Assembly (NCBI GenBank): GCA_965240325.2
Contig: OZ251249.1
Span: 434,001-498,000, forward strand
DNA length: 64,000 bases
Reading direction: 5' to 3'
Source: Rebecca billardiae RCC1528
Lineage: Eukaryota; Protista; Haptophyta
The position numbers were made by a program, and so were the translations under genes. The notes beneath the pieces were generated by a model. It saw only the letters and a program-made list of their open reading frames with translations. It searched no databases and had not been told where the DNA came from. Each line of letters opens with the position of its first letter. Position 1 is the first letter of the stretch. Below, one piece after another: positions 25,284-37,110 of the stretch.

Positions 25284-27980
25284 ATGCTCAGCAGCCCCAT
25301 CGCCACGTCTTCCGCCGCGGCGCTCGCCTCGGCCAAGCCCGGCGGGCGCGGCAGCTCGGCCGCCGACGCCGACGGCGACGCGTTTGGAACGCCGCCGCCG
25401 CCGCCTGCTTCATCCTCGTCGCCCAAGCAGGCGGCGGCAGCGGCGGCGTGTGGCGCGGACGCGGCGCCGGCGCAGCTGCCTGCCCTGCGCACGTGCAGCC
25501 TGTGCATCGAGGAGGTCGACGCGCAGAGTGGCGTCGAGTGCGCGAGCCGCGTGGCTGCGCACTTCATGTGCAACGGGTGCTTCGCGCGCGAGGTGCGGCG
25601 CGTGAGCGACGACGAGGTCGAGTTCGAGACCCTCGCGCTGCGCGAGGGCCGCGTGCTCTGCCCGCACACCGTCGACCTGCGCACGTGGATGCGCCGCCCG
25701 CGCGGCCCGGACAAGCGCGAGACGTTCCCCGAAGTATCCTCGCTGCTCGAGGCACTGGACGAGGCCTTTGGCGGCGAGATGCCCAGCGCGGCCGAGGCGC
25801 AGCGGCGGTGCGGCTGCGCCTCGGAGCCGTTCTCTGACCGCGCCGTCGCGCTGCACTGCGGCGACGACGAGCTGTACGACCTCTACGCGCGCGCGCGCGC
25901 GCGCGTGCGCGAGCATGCCGTGTACGCTGAGGCGCAGCAGCTGATGAGCGCGCATGCGGACGCGCTCGCGGACGCGATGCGCCGGCCGGACCACCCGGTG
26001 CGGCAGGCGAACCAGCTGCTGGCGCGGCAGCTCCGGCTGCAGCTGCCCAACGCGCGGCAGTGCGGCCGCTGCGCCTTCGGCCCGCTCGACCACTTCGCAT
26101 GCGCCGACCTCGCCCACCACCACGGAGAGGTGACGACGGTCGGCCTGCGGCGCGGCGGCGTCATCTCGAACGGCTGCCCGCGGTGCGGCTGGTTCCACAA
26201 GGACGTGCACGCGTGGCCCAAGTGGGACGGCACGCTCTCCGTCGACCAGGCCGCGATCGACGCGCCCGCGCTCCGCGCCGCCTCGGCGGGCGCGCGCGCG
26301 GCCGCGGCGGGCTCGAGCGACGCGGGCGCGCCGAGCGCCGACGCGCCGCGCGCGCGCGGGGCGGCCGGCTGGCGCTGCCCGCGGTGCACGCTGATGAACG
26401 AGCCCGCGCATCGCACGTGCGAGGCGTGCGTGGGCCCGCGCCCGCCGGCGCGCACGGAGCGGCCGGCGCGCGCGTACACCGCTCGGCTCGAGAGCGTCGA
26501 GGCGCAGCAGAACGCCGCAGAGCTGCGCCTGCGCATGGCGCAGGCGCAGCAGGAGGAGGCGGAGCGGCGCATGCAGCGCGCGCAGGCGATCCAGAGCGAG
26601 GCGGTGCGCATCATGGAGCGGTTCGGCGCGCGCCCGAGCGCGAGCTCGCCGCTGCTGCGCCAGGAGCCGCCGCCGCGCCAGGAGATGGAGGGCGACCTGC
26701 CGCTGCTGATCACGGGCACCTTCTCGCGCGTCCGCGGCGCGCCGGAGGGCCACCCGCCGCTCACGCTCTCGCGCCGGGAGATGTGGGCGAGGCCGGGCGT
26801 GCTCAACGCGTACTGCGGCGCGCACGTCGGCACCGCGCGCGTGATGCTGCGCTGGGTGTGGACCGGTCGGGCGTCGATGGCTCTGCGCGGGCCATCGCGC
26901 GACGCCCCGCTCAACGCCGTGCCCGTGGGAGACGTGCGCACGCGCCTCGGCTGGCACCGGCTCGGCAGCGCGATGACCGACGGTCGCGCCAATCTCCTCA
27001 ACCACGTGCTCGAGGGCTGGTGGACGTGCGGCGGCGTGCGCTTCTGGGTGCAGCAGTCGGGCGCGACGGTGCTCGCGCGCGGCTTCTCGACCACCGCGCC
27101 GGGCACCGTGCCCTTCGGCACCGGCTACCTCTACCTCTCGTTCGAGATGCCGGTGGGCAGCCCGTTTGGCGCGCGGCGGGGGGCGGAGAGCGCGCTCGCG
27201 GTCAGCCTCGAGCCCGGCGCGTGGGCGCGCGAGCCGACCACGCCGGCGGCAGCGGAGCGCGACGAGCAGCTGCGCGTGCGCCTGCGCAGCTGGTTTGCGG
27301 CCACGCCGCAGGCGGACCCTGCCACGCGCGCGGCGCGCATCGAGTACCACCCCCAGTCGCAGATGCGCTTCCAGGCCGCCGTGGCGGCGATGCCGGCGGG
27401 GCTGCGCGCCACCTCGAACGACGCGCTCCCGCCGCCGCTGCGCTGCTCGGGGTGCGAGCGCGTCGCCACCGTCGGCCTCCTCGTCTCGCGCCGCGAGGAC
27501 GGCGCGCCCCGCTGCGTCAGCTGCGAGGAGCGGCGGGTGGGCGCCATGCCGCCGCCGCCACAGCCCGCCACGTCGCCGGCGCTGCCCGCGCTCAGCGCGG
27601 GCGCTCCGGCGTTCGCCATCGGCGCGGCGGAGGAGCCGGTAGCGCGGCCGTCCGCCTCACGGGCGCCCGCTCGGCGCGGACCGGGCCACGCTGCGCGGCC
27701 GGCGGCCGGCGCGGCTAGAGCGCAGCGCCGCGCGCCCGCCGCCTCCGCGGCCCACTCTGCTGCGCCGCCGGATGCACAGCCTGCGGCGGCGTGCGCACCG
27801 CCGGCCGTCTTCCAGTTCGCGCCGCCCGGGGACACGGCAGCGCCTCCGGGCGGGCCGTTCTCGACGGCAGCGTGGCCGGCTGCTCCGGTCGGCGCGCAGC
27901 CTGCCCCACCCGCCCCTGCCGCCTACACGACGCTGCAGGCAGCGCTTGCAGCGCATCGGGGCCTGGGCGGCGGCCAGTGA
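25284..27980 (+). CDS. Intronless RING-like + RanBP2-type zinc finger protein (putative E3 ligase)
   Basis: CSLC..C..HFMCNGC RING-like cluster; second Cys/His cluster CGRCAFGPLDHFAC..H..CPRCGW; RanBP2/NZF WRCPRCTLMNEPAHRTCEAC. First ATG at 25284. Confidence 0.75.
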   Translation: MLSSPIATSSAAALASAKPGGRGSSAADADGDAFGTPPPPPASSSSPKQAAAAAACGADAAPAQLPALRTCSLCIEEVDAQSGVECASRVAAHFMCNGCFAREVRRVSDDEVEFETLALREGRVLCPHTVDLRTWMRRPRGPDKRETFPEVSSLLEALDEAFGGEMPSAAEAQRRCGCASEPFSDRAVALHCGDDELYDLYARARARVREHAVYAEAQQLMSAHADALADAMRRPDHPVRQANQLLARQLRLQLPNARQCGRCAFGPLDHFACADLAHHHGEVTTVGLRRGGVISNGCPRCGWFHKDVHAWPKWDGTLSVDQAAIDAPALRAASAGARAAAAGSSDAGAPSADAPRARGAAGWRCPRCTLMNEPAHRTCEACVGPRPPARTERPARAYTARLESVEAQQNAAELRLRMAQAQQEEAERRMQRAQAIQSEAVRIMERFGARPSASSPLLRQEPPPRQEMEGDLPLLITGTFSRVRGAPEGHPPLTLSRREMWARPGVLNAYCGAHVGTARVMLRWVWTGRASMALRGPSRDAPLNAVPVGDVRTRLGWHRLGSAMTDGRANLLNHVLEGWWTCGGVRFWVQQSGATVLARGFSTTAPGTVPFGTGYLYLSFEMPVGSPFGARRGAESALAVSLEPGAWAREPTTPAAAERDEQLRVRLRSWFAATPQADPATRAARIEYHPQSQMRFQAAVAAMPAGLRATSNDALPPPLRCSGCERVATVGLLVSRREDGAPRCVSCEERRVGAMPPPPQPATSPALPALSAGAPAFAIGAAEEPVARPSASRAPARRGPGHAARPAAGAARAQRRAPAASAAHSAAPPDAQPAAACAPPAVFQFAPPGDTAAPPGGPFSTAAWPAAPVGAQPAPPAPAAYTTLQAALAAHRGLGGGQ

Positions 27981-29172
27981 CGCGGCGGCGGCCGCCTGCA
28001 TGAAGAGCACACAGGGCATGCACACAGCCGGCCTGCGCCGGGCCGACGGCGTCGCCCCGCGCGCCGCCCGCAAGCTCAACGGCGTTCTTCGGGAGGCTGC
28101 TCACGCGCGTCGCGGTGCACTACCGAGCCGTGGACGCGGCCAAGCGGGCCGCTATCCAGATCGAGGCCAGCGCGCTCGACGTCACTGCCATCGGCCTCGT
28201 TGCCGAGGACCGCCCTTGTGCTGGCTGCGCGAGCTCGAGCTCCTATCTCATGCGAGCTTGCCGCTCTGCGGCGCCTGCTGAGACTTCTTCGCGATCGCGT
28301 CTCTCACGGCTATCGAGCACGGGCACGTCGGCTCGACTGCGGCCGCCCGAGCTCGTCCTGGCGAGAGCAGCACAGCCGTCGGGCAGCACTCCCCTGAGGG
28401 AGCAGGGCCGGGATGGAGCACCGCCTCCGCCTGGGCCCGCGGCCTGGGGCACGCGGCGGCGACGGCAGATGCCGCCGCGGCCGAGCGCCTTCCGGAGCAC
28501 TTGGATGAGGGTGAGGTCGTAGTCAATGTCGCCGCCCGCCGGCCTAGCGGCGAGCAGCTGCGGCAGACTGCAGCCGCGGCTGTCGCCCCCGTGCGCCCGC
28601 GTGGGCGCTAGGCCGCTGGCGGATGAGGATGATCGCCGTCGGACGATAACGTCTTAGAACGACGAGGTCGTCGTAGTATAACTATTAACTATATAACCAT
28701 ATATATAACTATATATGTATATAGTTGCCATTATATAAATTATTTATATTAGTTCGAGGGCGCCGCGCGGGCCCGCGCGCGCCGCGGGCCGCAGCGCCCG
28801 CAGCATTCAAGCGGCGGAGCCCTATAGTGATTAATTAGTGAAGCGGCGCGCAGCTGCAGAATTGACTGATGAAGAGGGGCTTGGAGACAGTGAGCGCGCC
28901 GCCTAGTCAGTAGTCGCGGTGCGCTCATGTCGCGATGAAGTGCGGATGAGGTTGTAGTCGACGTCGCACTCGCAGCCCGGCGCGGCGCGCCGGCGCGGGC
29001 CGCGTGCTGCAGATGCAGTCGGCTTGATGCTGGGGAACCTGGCGGCCCCTGGCCCTGGGCTCGTCACACCCCGCACCCCCTGCCCCACCAGTGGGGTGGA
29101 GCGAGGGGCACGGAGGAGGCCAGCGCCAAGGGCCTGCCCCGTCTGGCTCCGGTCACTGTCCGGGACGTCCAG

Positions 29173-30901
29173 CAGGGGTGCATTCAGACTCTCTGGGGGG
29201 GTCTGGGGGGGGCTCCCCCCAGCCGATCGAAGGACCAAATACGCCTCAATAAGGCCCTACAACTCGCCAGAATTCGCATAGCAGACCGTGTTCGCTGGTG
29301 TTAGCTGAGGGCTGCGTCGTGCGGCGTCGGCTCTGCGCCGGGCGGCCATGACGCATTGCACACAGCCCCGAGATCGGCGCCTCCCTCGCGAGTCAAGACG
29401 TAGCGTAGTGCAGGATCGAGCAACGCATTGACCGCTGCGGCGCACCGCGCAGGCCACGCCGCACCTCAGCACTCGCGAACAAGCTCTGAGCCAGCCAGCT
29501 GTGGCAGTCCTCTGAGGAGCTGCAGCCAAGCACGAGCTCGTGCACCACGAGCTGACGGCGCGGCCCGGGGCGCGAGCAGCTAGAAGCCGACAAGCTCATG
29601 CGCACGCCCGCACCGCCGCGAGGTGTGGCCGCCGGCGCGAGCAGCTCGACGCGGACAGCGCGCAGCTTGCTCGAGTCGACGAGCAGCTTCTCGCCCATCG
29701 GTGACTCTCAGTGCACGAAGGTGCACCCGAGGCGCGAGCGCGACAGGGTGCCGCGGCCAACCAGCGGATGCGCCCGGATCAAGGCCTCCAAGACGTCTCG
29801 TCTCCTCGCCCGCTCGGCGGCGCTCCATCGTGCGAGAGACCGGTCCGGGAGCCCCAAAAAAAGTTCAGCACGATGGAGTCCTCCGTGTTCGACTGTGACG
29901 ACGCGTTCAAACACGTCGAGGCGTGAGAAGACGTCGATTACTTCGATGAGGACTACGTTACTTCGTCCGCCGCCCCGGAGATCTTTCGATTGCGGTACCC
30001 GACCCGTTGCACGGGTGAGTAACCGTGAGCGTATGAAAAAACGACATGCGTATGAAATGTCATCGGTTTTGTCACTCGCGCTGCCGCATGGCTGACGCCC
30101 GCGCCGATCCGAGCGGAATGGGGCATTGCGAAGCCGATTCGCAATGCCCCAATCCAATCGGCATGTCAATCGACCCAACCGTCGCTGAGAACGAACGACA
30201 AAACCCAAGGCAGGTGCCCACCAAGCGACGCCGCCCGCGCGCCGGCAGCGTGAACGCGCGGTCGCGCAGAGGTGGCCAATGCAGAAGGCATCAGCCAATG
30301 CTCCTGCCTTCGGCAAGCGCGCCACCTCAGCGTCAGCATCGGGTGGGACCGTGACGATATATGCCCTGGATGCGGCTCCAGCCAAACGCCCTCGACACGG
30401 GGAGCCGCCATCGGCAGCGAGCGCGCCACGGATACATACACGTGCTGTCCTCGTGAACGAGGATTCAGGAGACGAGGCGCCGACGGCTCGGCCCGCGATG
30501 CGCAGGCAGGCTGGAGTGGCTCACGCTGCGATCGCGTGTACGGGTACATAAGGCGTGCGCACGCAACCACACCGCCTGCGTGAAGCGCGTGGGCAAGCTG
30601 CTGAAGCCTCTCACGATGCGTGCGCGCCTTCCTTCTCACCTCTGCGCTCGCCGACCGCTGCCTTCCGCGCGGCAGACAGGGGACACCTGCCACCTGGCGC
30701 GCACGACGCAGCGTGTAACGCAGAAGGTGGTAGATCCGCTGCCACGCTCCCGCTGCCGCTGCTGCCGGCGGCAGCGGTATGCCCGAGGCGGCGACGGCGG
30801 TGACTATCACTGCCAAAGTGTCGTTTTTTCGGCGCTCACGCGTGCAACTGGTCACCCTCATCGCTCCCTGGCTCCCAGGGGGTCGTCTAAATGCACCCCC
30901 C
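29173..30901. mobile_element. Degenerate TIR element (hAT-like CAGGGG end) with decayed internal ORFs
   Basis: ggggtgcattcagac (29175-29189) versus gtctaaatgcacccc (30885-30899): 14/15 inverted match. Followed by a TA-rich tract; no TSD recognised. Confidence 0.4.
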
Positions 30902-31195
30902 CATAGGCCTGAGTATATCTAATATATATATATATATATATTAGATATAGTAGTAGTATATATATATGTATGTATACCGTTAATATATACCGTCATGATA
31001 GGGGGCACTACTCACTGACTCGGGACGTCATACTCATCTGATCCCGACTCCCGTCGCTCGGACGATTACGTCGGGCTGGAGAGTGGAGCCGCACGCAGAT
31101 ATGTGCCGGTTTGTCTGCTGATGCTGCTGATGCCTGCTGCATGAAATGAGCAGTACAGCCGCTGTCTCAGTGCAGTCGTCCCCGCCGAGCCAGCG

Positions 31196-32308
31196 TCAGC
31201 ATATGCACCCGTTTGCAGGGTCGTCGAACATCCACAAGTGATGCGGGAACTCAGCCCGAGCGAGTTCGCAAAGCTCCTCAAAGTTGGTGAACTTGCTGCA
31301 GAGCCCTGGAAGCGAGGTCTTCACAAAGTTTTTGACGACAGCAGTGCCGCCTGCCCCCACCTGCGCTTTCGTCTTCGTTTTTAGTTGGACGTGCATGTCG
31401 CGCAGCATGCCGACGTCAAGGCGAAGGCCGAGCAATGCGGCCACGCCCAAGAAGAGCTTGTCATGCTGGTAGAGCAGGTCATCATAATTGACCACCTTCG
31501 AGCAGCGGGCGCGCATGTGCCGTGCAAGGCAGAAGAGCACCCACGACTTATCCCGGAGGCTCTGAAGATCGTCCCACTTCTGGCAGTTGCTGCGCTTCTT
31601 GTGCTCGGGTGTGGACTCGCGCTGCGGCACCGAGCGGAGCAACGCCCTCGCCACGTCCATGGGAATCCGCTGCGGCGAAACGTAGTCGAGTACCGTCACG
31701 TTGAGCATTGCGTTCAGGCGGAATTGGCGTTGGCTCCGGTTGTGCCCAAAGCGCTTGTGCCACACTGCGGGGTCCATGCTGCCCTCGGCGCGCAGCTGTG
31801 TTGGCGTGACGCCGCTGGCAAAAATCTCGCGCATCTCCTCAAAGAGGACCTCGAGCGCATTATTGCGCGTCATCCACAAGGGGCAGGTCGAGTGCTTCCG
31901 CGCGAAGTCCTTCCACTTCGCCGGCTCCATCAAAATCGGCCACGGGCGCGTCTTGAGCATTGGGAATCGCCCCTCCTCAATCCGTTTGGTGTAGAAAGCG
32001 TCCGCCTTGTGGAGGGCGGCCGTCGCGTTCTTCGCCGGCGAGAACTTCTCGAGAGGTTCGAAGCCCAACACCGCCACGTCAGAAATCACACTCATCTTCT
32101 GCATGAACGCACTCGAGCCCGAATGCCCGTGGAAGATCAGGATGCCAGACTTGCAGTTGCAGTTGCGCGCACGCATCCGGGAGACGAGGGTTGGCAGCGA
32201 TTCCACCGTGCCATACACGGTGTACGGCGGCTGGCGGGCGTCTCCCCTGAAGACGTCATAGGCGCCGCAAGTCGAGCCAGCAGTCACCACCAGCATGAGG
32301 CACGACAT
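31196..32308 (-). CDS. Secreted/Golgi sulfotransferase-like protein, intronless
   Basis: Hydrophobic N-terminus, 5'-PSB-like IFHGHSGSS, FEPL, WMTRNN (3'-PB-like) and VNYDDL. Visibly lower GC than the intron-rich genes. Confidence 0.6.
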   Translation of the reverse strand: MSCLMLVVTAGSTCGAYDVFRGDARQPPYTVYGTVESLPTLVSRMRARNCNCKSGILIFHGHSGSSAFMQKMSVISDVAVLGFEPLEKFSPAKNATAALHKADAFYTKRIEEGRFPMLKTRPWPILMEPAKWKDFARKHSTCPLWMTRNNALEVLFEEMREIFASGVTPTQLRAEGSMDPAVWHKRFGHNRSQRQFRLNAMLNVTVLDYVSPQRIPMDVARALLRSVPQRESTPEHKKRSNCQKWDDLQSLRDKSWVLFCLARHMRARCSKVVNYDDLLYQHDKLFLGVAALLGLRLDVGMLRDMHVQLKTKTKAQVGAGGTAVVKNFVKTSLPGLCSKFTNFEELCELARAEFPHHLWMFDDPANGCIC

Positions 32309-32406
32309 GGCGGCAGCACAGCGCACGGACAGACGGACCTCCGAGGACCACCCTTGCTCCGAGAGCAGCCGCCAGCTGGCGGATCACCCCGTCCTTCAAA
32401 GGAATA

Positions 32407-33091
32407 CAGGGGGGGGGCAGATGAAGTGATGGGTGAGCAGAATGAGACAAAATCCCGGATCGTGTTTTGCGCTCCACCACGATGGCGCTCACGCCCTTCG
32501 CGCACGTCGTCGTGGAGGGCATCAGACGAAGAGTTCAAGCTGCGAGTCTCGTGGGCTAACTCCATGCCGTTGAGGAGCACGAGCACCATCAAGTTTGTCT
32601 CACTTTGGGGGGGGGAGGGCACTTTGAGACAAACCGCGTGCGCATGCCCGACGAGCTCACCAACTGGGGAGAGCAAGCTTCCCATGGGCTCTTGGCGCGT
32701 GTCTGACGTCCCTACTACCTCCCATGGCATGGCCAGCCGTCAGGTTGGCGTCCCCTTGCAGTAGTAGACTACCTTGCTCACGTCACTGAAGGGCACCGTG
32801 CATCGCGGTTCGCGGCCGTCTCACAGTGGCGGGGCACGTTCGGCGGCTACGTTTGGTGCGTGCAGGCCAGGCATGGGCAGCGGAGCGGCCGGCAAACGAG
32901 CGGAGGTGCCAGGCATGCACCTTGGGCACACATGTGACGCGTCTCGACAGACTTGCGTCCACCTCACCGGGCGCTGTAGCGCGTGCGAGGCGGGCGCCAT
33001 GCACCACGCCCAGTGGGCGCCACTGGGCCGCCACTGGGCCGCCGCCTTTGTCTCAAAGTGCCCTCTGTCTCATTCTGCCCTCATCGACCTG
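32407..33091. mobile_element. TA-flanked mariner-type MITE with nested inverted repeats
   Basis: TA|cagg..gcagaatgagaca at left and tgtctcattctgc..cctg|TA at right. Internal perfect 19-bp inverted pair gagggcactttgagacaaa (32615-32633 / 33047-33065). Confidence 0.6.
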
Positions 33092-33945
33092 TAAGCCACC
33101 CTAGACGAATGCTTCAGGACAGATTCCCGTCTGGGCGAGCTTGCGGGGGCTCGGAAGAACGACCCTCAACCCACTACTGACTCGACACCCGCTTGCAAGC
33201 TCACCTCACTGCACTCAGAGTCAGAGTGGGCCGCCCGTGCGTTGCCAGCATGCCTGCGGTCGGCCGTCCTGGGCAAGCCGCGGTGACTCGGAGCCAACTG
33301 GATGGGCTCGGTCGCAGCCGAGTCAGCAGGGAGGTGATCGTAGCGAGTAGCAGCACCGCCGACATGCGGCATGTTCAAGGACGAGGTGCTGAGTCATGCA
33401 GCAGCTCGGCTCGCGGCACGGAGCGGCTCACAGTCGGATGGCGGCGGCGTGGAGTGATTCAGTAGTGATGCCGGCCTCGACCGAAGCGCCAGACACGCTG
33501 CCTACAGGCCTGACTGACAGGATGCACTGAGCAAGCTGCACCAGTGGGTGCGGCAGCGACATGCGTCTCTAGCTGCGCCGTGACCTCTTGACGCGCTGGC
33601 CGCCGCCGGCGCCCAGCGCGCGCGCTGCCGCGCGCCGCGCGGCTCAGGCTGGAGCCGTCTCAGATCCAATCTGACTCACACTTCTCAGAAATTCAAAAAA
33701 ATGGCGGATTTTCTCGCCCAATTTTGGTCCTTCGTCGACGTTCTTGGGCTCTACAGTTTACTATGTTTTAAGACGCGCTTCGGGTCCGCCGTGAGCGCTC
33801 GTCTTGCTGATCGAGACCGCCAGCCGGAGCTGGCGGGCCGTGCTGCCGGTGCATCCGCGCTGCCTCGTCTCCTCCGCGCTGCCTCGTCTCCACCGCCACC
33901 GCCGCCACTGAGACGGCCAATAACGACGCCGCCTTAGCTCGCCAC

Positions 33946-34941
33946 ATGAGCCCCTTCCGTGGCAACGCGCAGCGCAAACGGGTCGACGCGCTCATCGTCC
34001 TCGTTGGCGTCTGCCTCAGCGCTCGTGGCGTGCACTCGCAACCACGGCGATCAACGCTCCAGCAAGACGCCTCTCTCCCTGCGCCCTGTTCGTCGATGGC
34101 AACTGCCGTGATACCTGCCCCCACCGTTTCATCTTGCACGGCCCCAGATCGTACCTCGATAAATGACAAGGGGGCAATGCCCGCCGATCCTTATCCGGTG
34201 GGATTGGGGTGTAGGCTCGTGGTCGTGTCCGCGGGGATGCCGCGTGCTGGGAGCACCATGCAAGACAGGTTGCTTCGGCAGGCGCTCGCTGCCTTTGGGC
34301 TGAAGCCGGGCGTTGCAGGTTACTGGAACTGGCATTGGCACGCCGGCAAACTATCGCTCGCCGAGCGGTTGGGCAAACTGCACAACACCTCGAAACGACT
34401 GCGCGGCTTGAGCACAGATGCTGTGGTCATCATGAAGACGCACGAATTCGACCCTCGTGTGCTACAGCTCTGCGACCGGAGCCTTGTCTTCACGCTGCAC
34501 AGGCACCCCCTCGAGATGCTCATCTCTGCTGCGGGGGAGTGGCACCGCGGAAACATGCGCGAAAGGAAAGCCATCGATTTCCTGGCCAGGGCAATCCACA
34601 ACCACGAATGCTGGCACAGGTACGCTGTCGAGGAGACAGCGAACGCAGAGCTCAGGTCCAATCCCAGTGCTGTGCTGGCTCGGTACGTGCGCAAGATCGG
34701 TGTGCACCTGTACGGAGAGGACTACAGTGCTCGTCTCGTGCACACTGAAGACATGGGCACACTCGCCAAGCGCGCCAAAGGCAACCCGAGCTCTCATGCG
34801 GAGGCGTCTCCCAACATGCTGGGAATGGGTACACATGTGTTCTGCAAATTTCACAGGTGGATGCTGCTGCACGATTATTCGATCGAACCCCAGTCGGCGC
34901 AGGAATATGACCGCGTTCCGCTGCGGTCCTTTTCTGCATAG
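33946..34941 (+). CDS. Sulfotransferase-like protein (P-loop PAPS-binding), intronless
   Basis: Signal/anchor LIVLVGVCL, SAGMPRAGST 5'-PSB motif, IMKTHE, LHRHPLEMLIS 3'-PB motif. Confidence 0.75.
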   Translation: MSPFRGNAQRKRVDALIVLVGVCLSARGVHSQPRRSTLQQDASLPAPCSSMATAVIPAPTVSSCTAPDRTSINDKGAMPADPYPVGLGCRLVVVSAGMPRAGSTMQDRLLRQALAAFGLKPGVAGYWNWHWHAGKLSLAERLGKLHNTSKRLRGLSTDAVVIMKTHEFDPRVLQLCDRSLVFTLHRHPLEMLISAAGEWHRGNMRERKAIDFLARAIHNHECWHRYAVEETANAELRSNPSAVLARYVRKIGVHLYGEDYSARLVHTEDMGTLAKRAKGNPSSHAEASPNMLGMGTHVFCKFHRWMLLHDYSIEPQSAQEYDRVPLRSFSA

Positions 34942-35368
34942 AAAGAATCAACGCAGTTGGGGGCCTGCGGTGGCCGTGCAATCGCGTCAGCTCTCCGCCG
35001 TGGCAGTTCGCCAGTTGAGTTCGGAAGTAGTTAGTACGAGTCCGACAGTCTGCCTGCCTCAGCCTGTGCCGGACTGCTTGGCGGCTTGCGCCGAGTAATC
35101 CGGGCCACTCACTCTCACTCGGGCACATGCACTTCGTCACACCGTGACCGTACATGCAATCGCGGGCAATAAGAAGTCAGAGATCTGCCGGCTAGCCTCG
35201 GTTTCTTAGCTACTGTTCGGTAGCCCGAGCGCCTACGGAGCCAGGGATGCCGAACATTGAATCAATGAAAAATAAAAATCTATGAATCATTGGGTCATTG
35301 ACACTGAATAGCGGCAGGATTCAATCGGATTTCCTGACCAGTAGTAGCAGTGACTAGTAATTCGGAAC

Positions 35369-35619
35369 ACAAAATACCACTGGGGGCGAAACACAGCTGT
35401 CGGATGCGAGGCTCCTGAGACGGACAGTGTCCGGTCAGTGGAAAACACTGTGGGGGAAGTTTGAATCCGGGAAAGCGGGTAATCTGTCGAGCCATCTCGT
35501 ATTCTTTCATAAGGCATTCCGGTCTGTTTTTCATACGAGCTCCCGGACACTATCCGTCTCAGGAGCCTCGCATCCGACGGGGCTCCTCACTGGCGCTTTC
35601 GCCCCCAGTGGTATTTTGT
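35369..35619. mobile_element. Short foldback MITE (~250 bp)
   Basis: acaaaataccactgggggcgaaa..gtcggatgcgaggctcctgagacgga.agtgtccgg is inverted at 35543-35619. Inner TA|ccactgg..ccagtgg|TA. Confidence 0.75.
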
Positions 35620-35930
35620 AAGCCCCTTGGCAGCACTGCCGCGTGCGCGCCGAGCGCGGCGTGCGGGGCTGTGACCGCGGCGGGCCACCGACGGCGAGTC
35701 ATGGACAGTACTTAAAAGATGGTGTACCCTGTGATTTTTGCAGGAATCTGTAGTGTCACTGCACCCTCCCCCCCTGCCCCATAGGGCTAGGGGGCCCATA
35801 GGGGCGACACCCGAGATACCCAGTAACTAGGCTGAGCGGCTTTCTACGGCCTCTGTCTGTAGGGACATGTCCCGGAAGTCACCGGCTGCCCATAGTGTGG
35901 CTGTGTACACAATACTGTTTGATTCCTCTG

Positions 35931-36594
35931 TATTACCGATTTCAGGCACCCGTGGAAGTCAATCGTCGAAGTCAGAATCAGTTCGGATCAGATCTGCTCT
36001 GGTCCTTCATCCGAATCGATCGCGATCGAAGTGGCCGTGGGTCGCTTGCGATCGATTGTGATTGGCCAGAATCCCAGATCAGTCCGCCGATCCAATCTCG
36101 ATCCAAACAGAGTTGAACAGCTAGCTCGTGATTCTGATTTGATCTCGATCGATCGGTGAACCTCGATTATTGATTGGGATCGATCGCGTTTGAGATCGAA
36201 ATGATTGATTTACGAAACGCGTTCAGCGAATCGATTCACACCTCATCATGACGTCTATGTATCACTTACAAAATTGCGACCGATTTAGCTGGTATCAGTC
36301 ATCGCAAAAGGCGAGCCAACGATTTGCTTCTTCGTGATCGATTGCGATCGATCACGATCGTTTGTGAATCGGAGTAGTAGATGATCGATCGCGATCGAAC
36401 GCACCCGTTTTGTCGATCGAAGCCAATATCGAATCGTGATTTTGATTGATCGGGTTCGCGATCGGCAAATCGATTCGCGATCGAACTCGTGATCCACAAA
36501 CGCGATCGATCTCGATCGATCTGATCGGCACGATCGAAGAGGGTCAAAGTGAATCGCGATTGACTTCCACGGGTGCCTGAATAAATCGGTAATA
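35931..36594. mobile_element. MITE with ~35-bp TIRs and GATC-saturated interior
   Basis: tattaccgattt(at)tcaggcacccgtggaagtcaatcg at 35931-35965, inverted at 36557-36594. Interior made of gatcgatc/cgat motifs. Confidence 0.8.
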
Positions 36595-36603
36595 GTTAGT
36601 TAT

Positions 36604-37110
36604 AGTGGCTGGCGGCGGCCGCGCCGCGCCCGGCGCCAAGACCCCCGCCCCCCCACCCGGCACCCGACCGCCCGACCCGACCCAGACTGCCCGACTGCCA
36701 CGCCAGTCCGGGCAGGCTAGTCCGGACCAGTCCGGGCCGCATGGCCGCCGCGGCGCCGCGCCGCGCCAAGACCCCCCCCGCCCCCGGACCCGCGACCGCC
36801 CGACCCGCGACCCGACTGCCCGACTGCCAGTGCCACGCCGCGCCAACCCGAAGACGGTCCCGCCCCCCCGCCCCCCCCCCGCCCCCGCCCCACCCCGACC
36901 CGACCGCCCGGACCCGCGCGACTGCCCGACTGCCACGCCAGTCCAGGGCTAGTCCGGACCAGTCCGGGCAATGGCCGCCGCGGCGCCGCACCGCGCCAAG
37001 ACCCGCCCCCCCCGCACCCGACCGCCCGACCGGCGACCCGGCCGACTCCCGACCCGCGACACGGCTGACTCGACAGTGTAGTGGCGACAGTGCCCGACTG
37101 CCAGTCGGCC
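36604..37110. repeat. Subterminal-type repeat array (cccgac/cccgactgcc units)
   Basis: Repeated cccgactgcccgactgccacgccagtcc blocks, two to three larger units. Begins tagtggctg, resembling a hAT terminus. Confidence 0.7.

Noticed and set aside
28050-28990. Two short similar peptides (DIDYDLTLI / DVDYNLIRT) on the minus strand
   Set aside because: Similarity is too short and no coherent gene model could be built.
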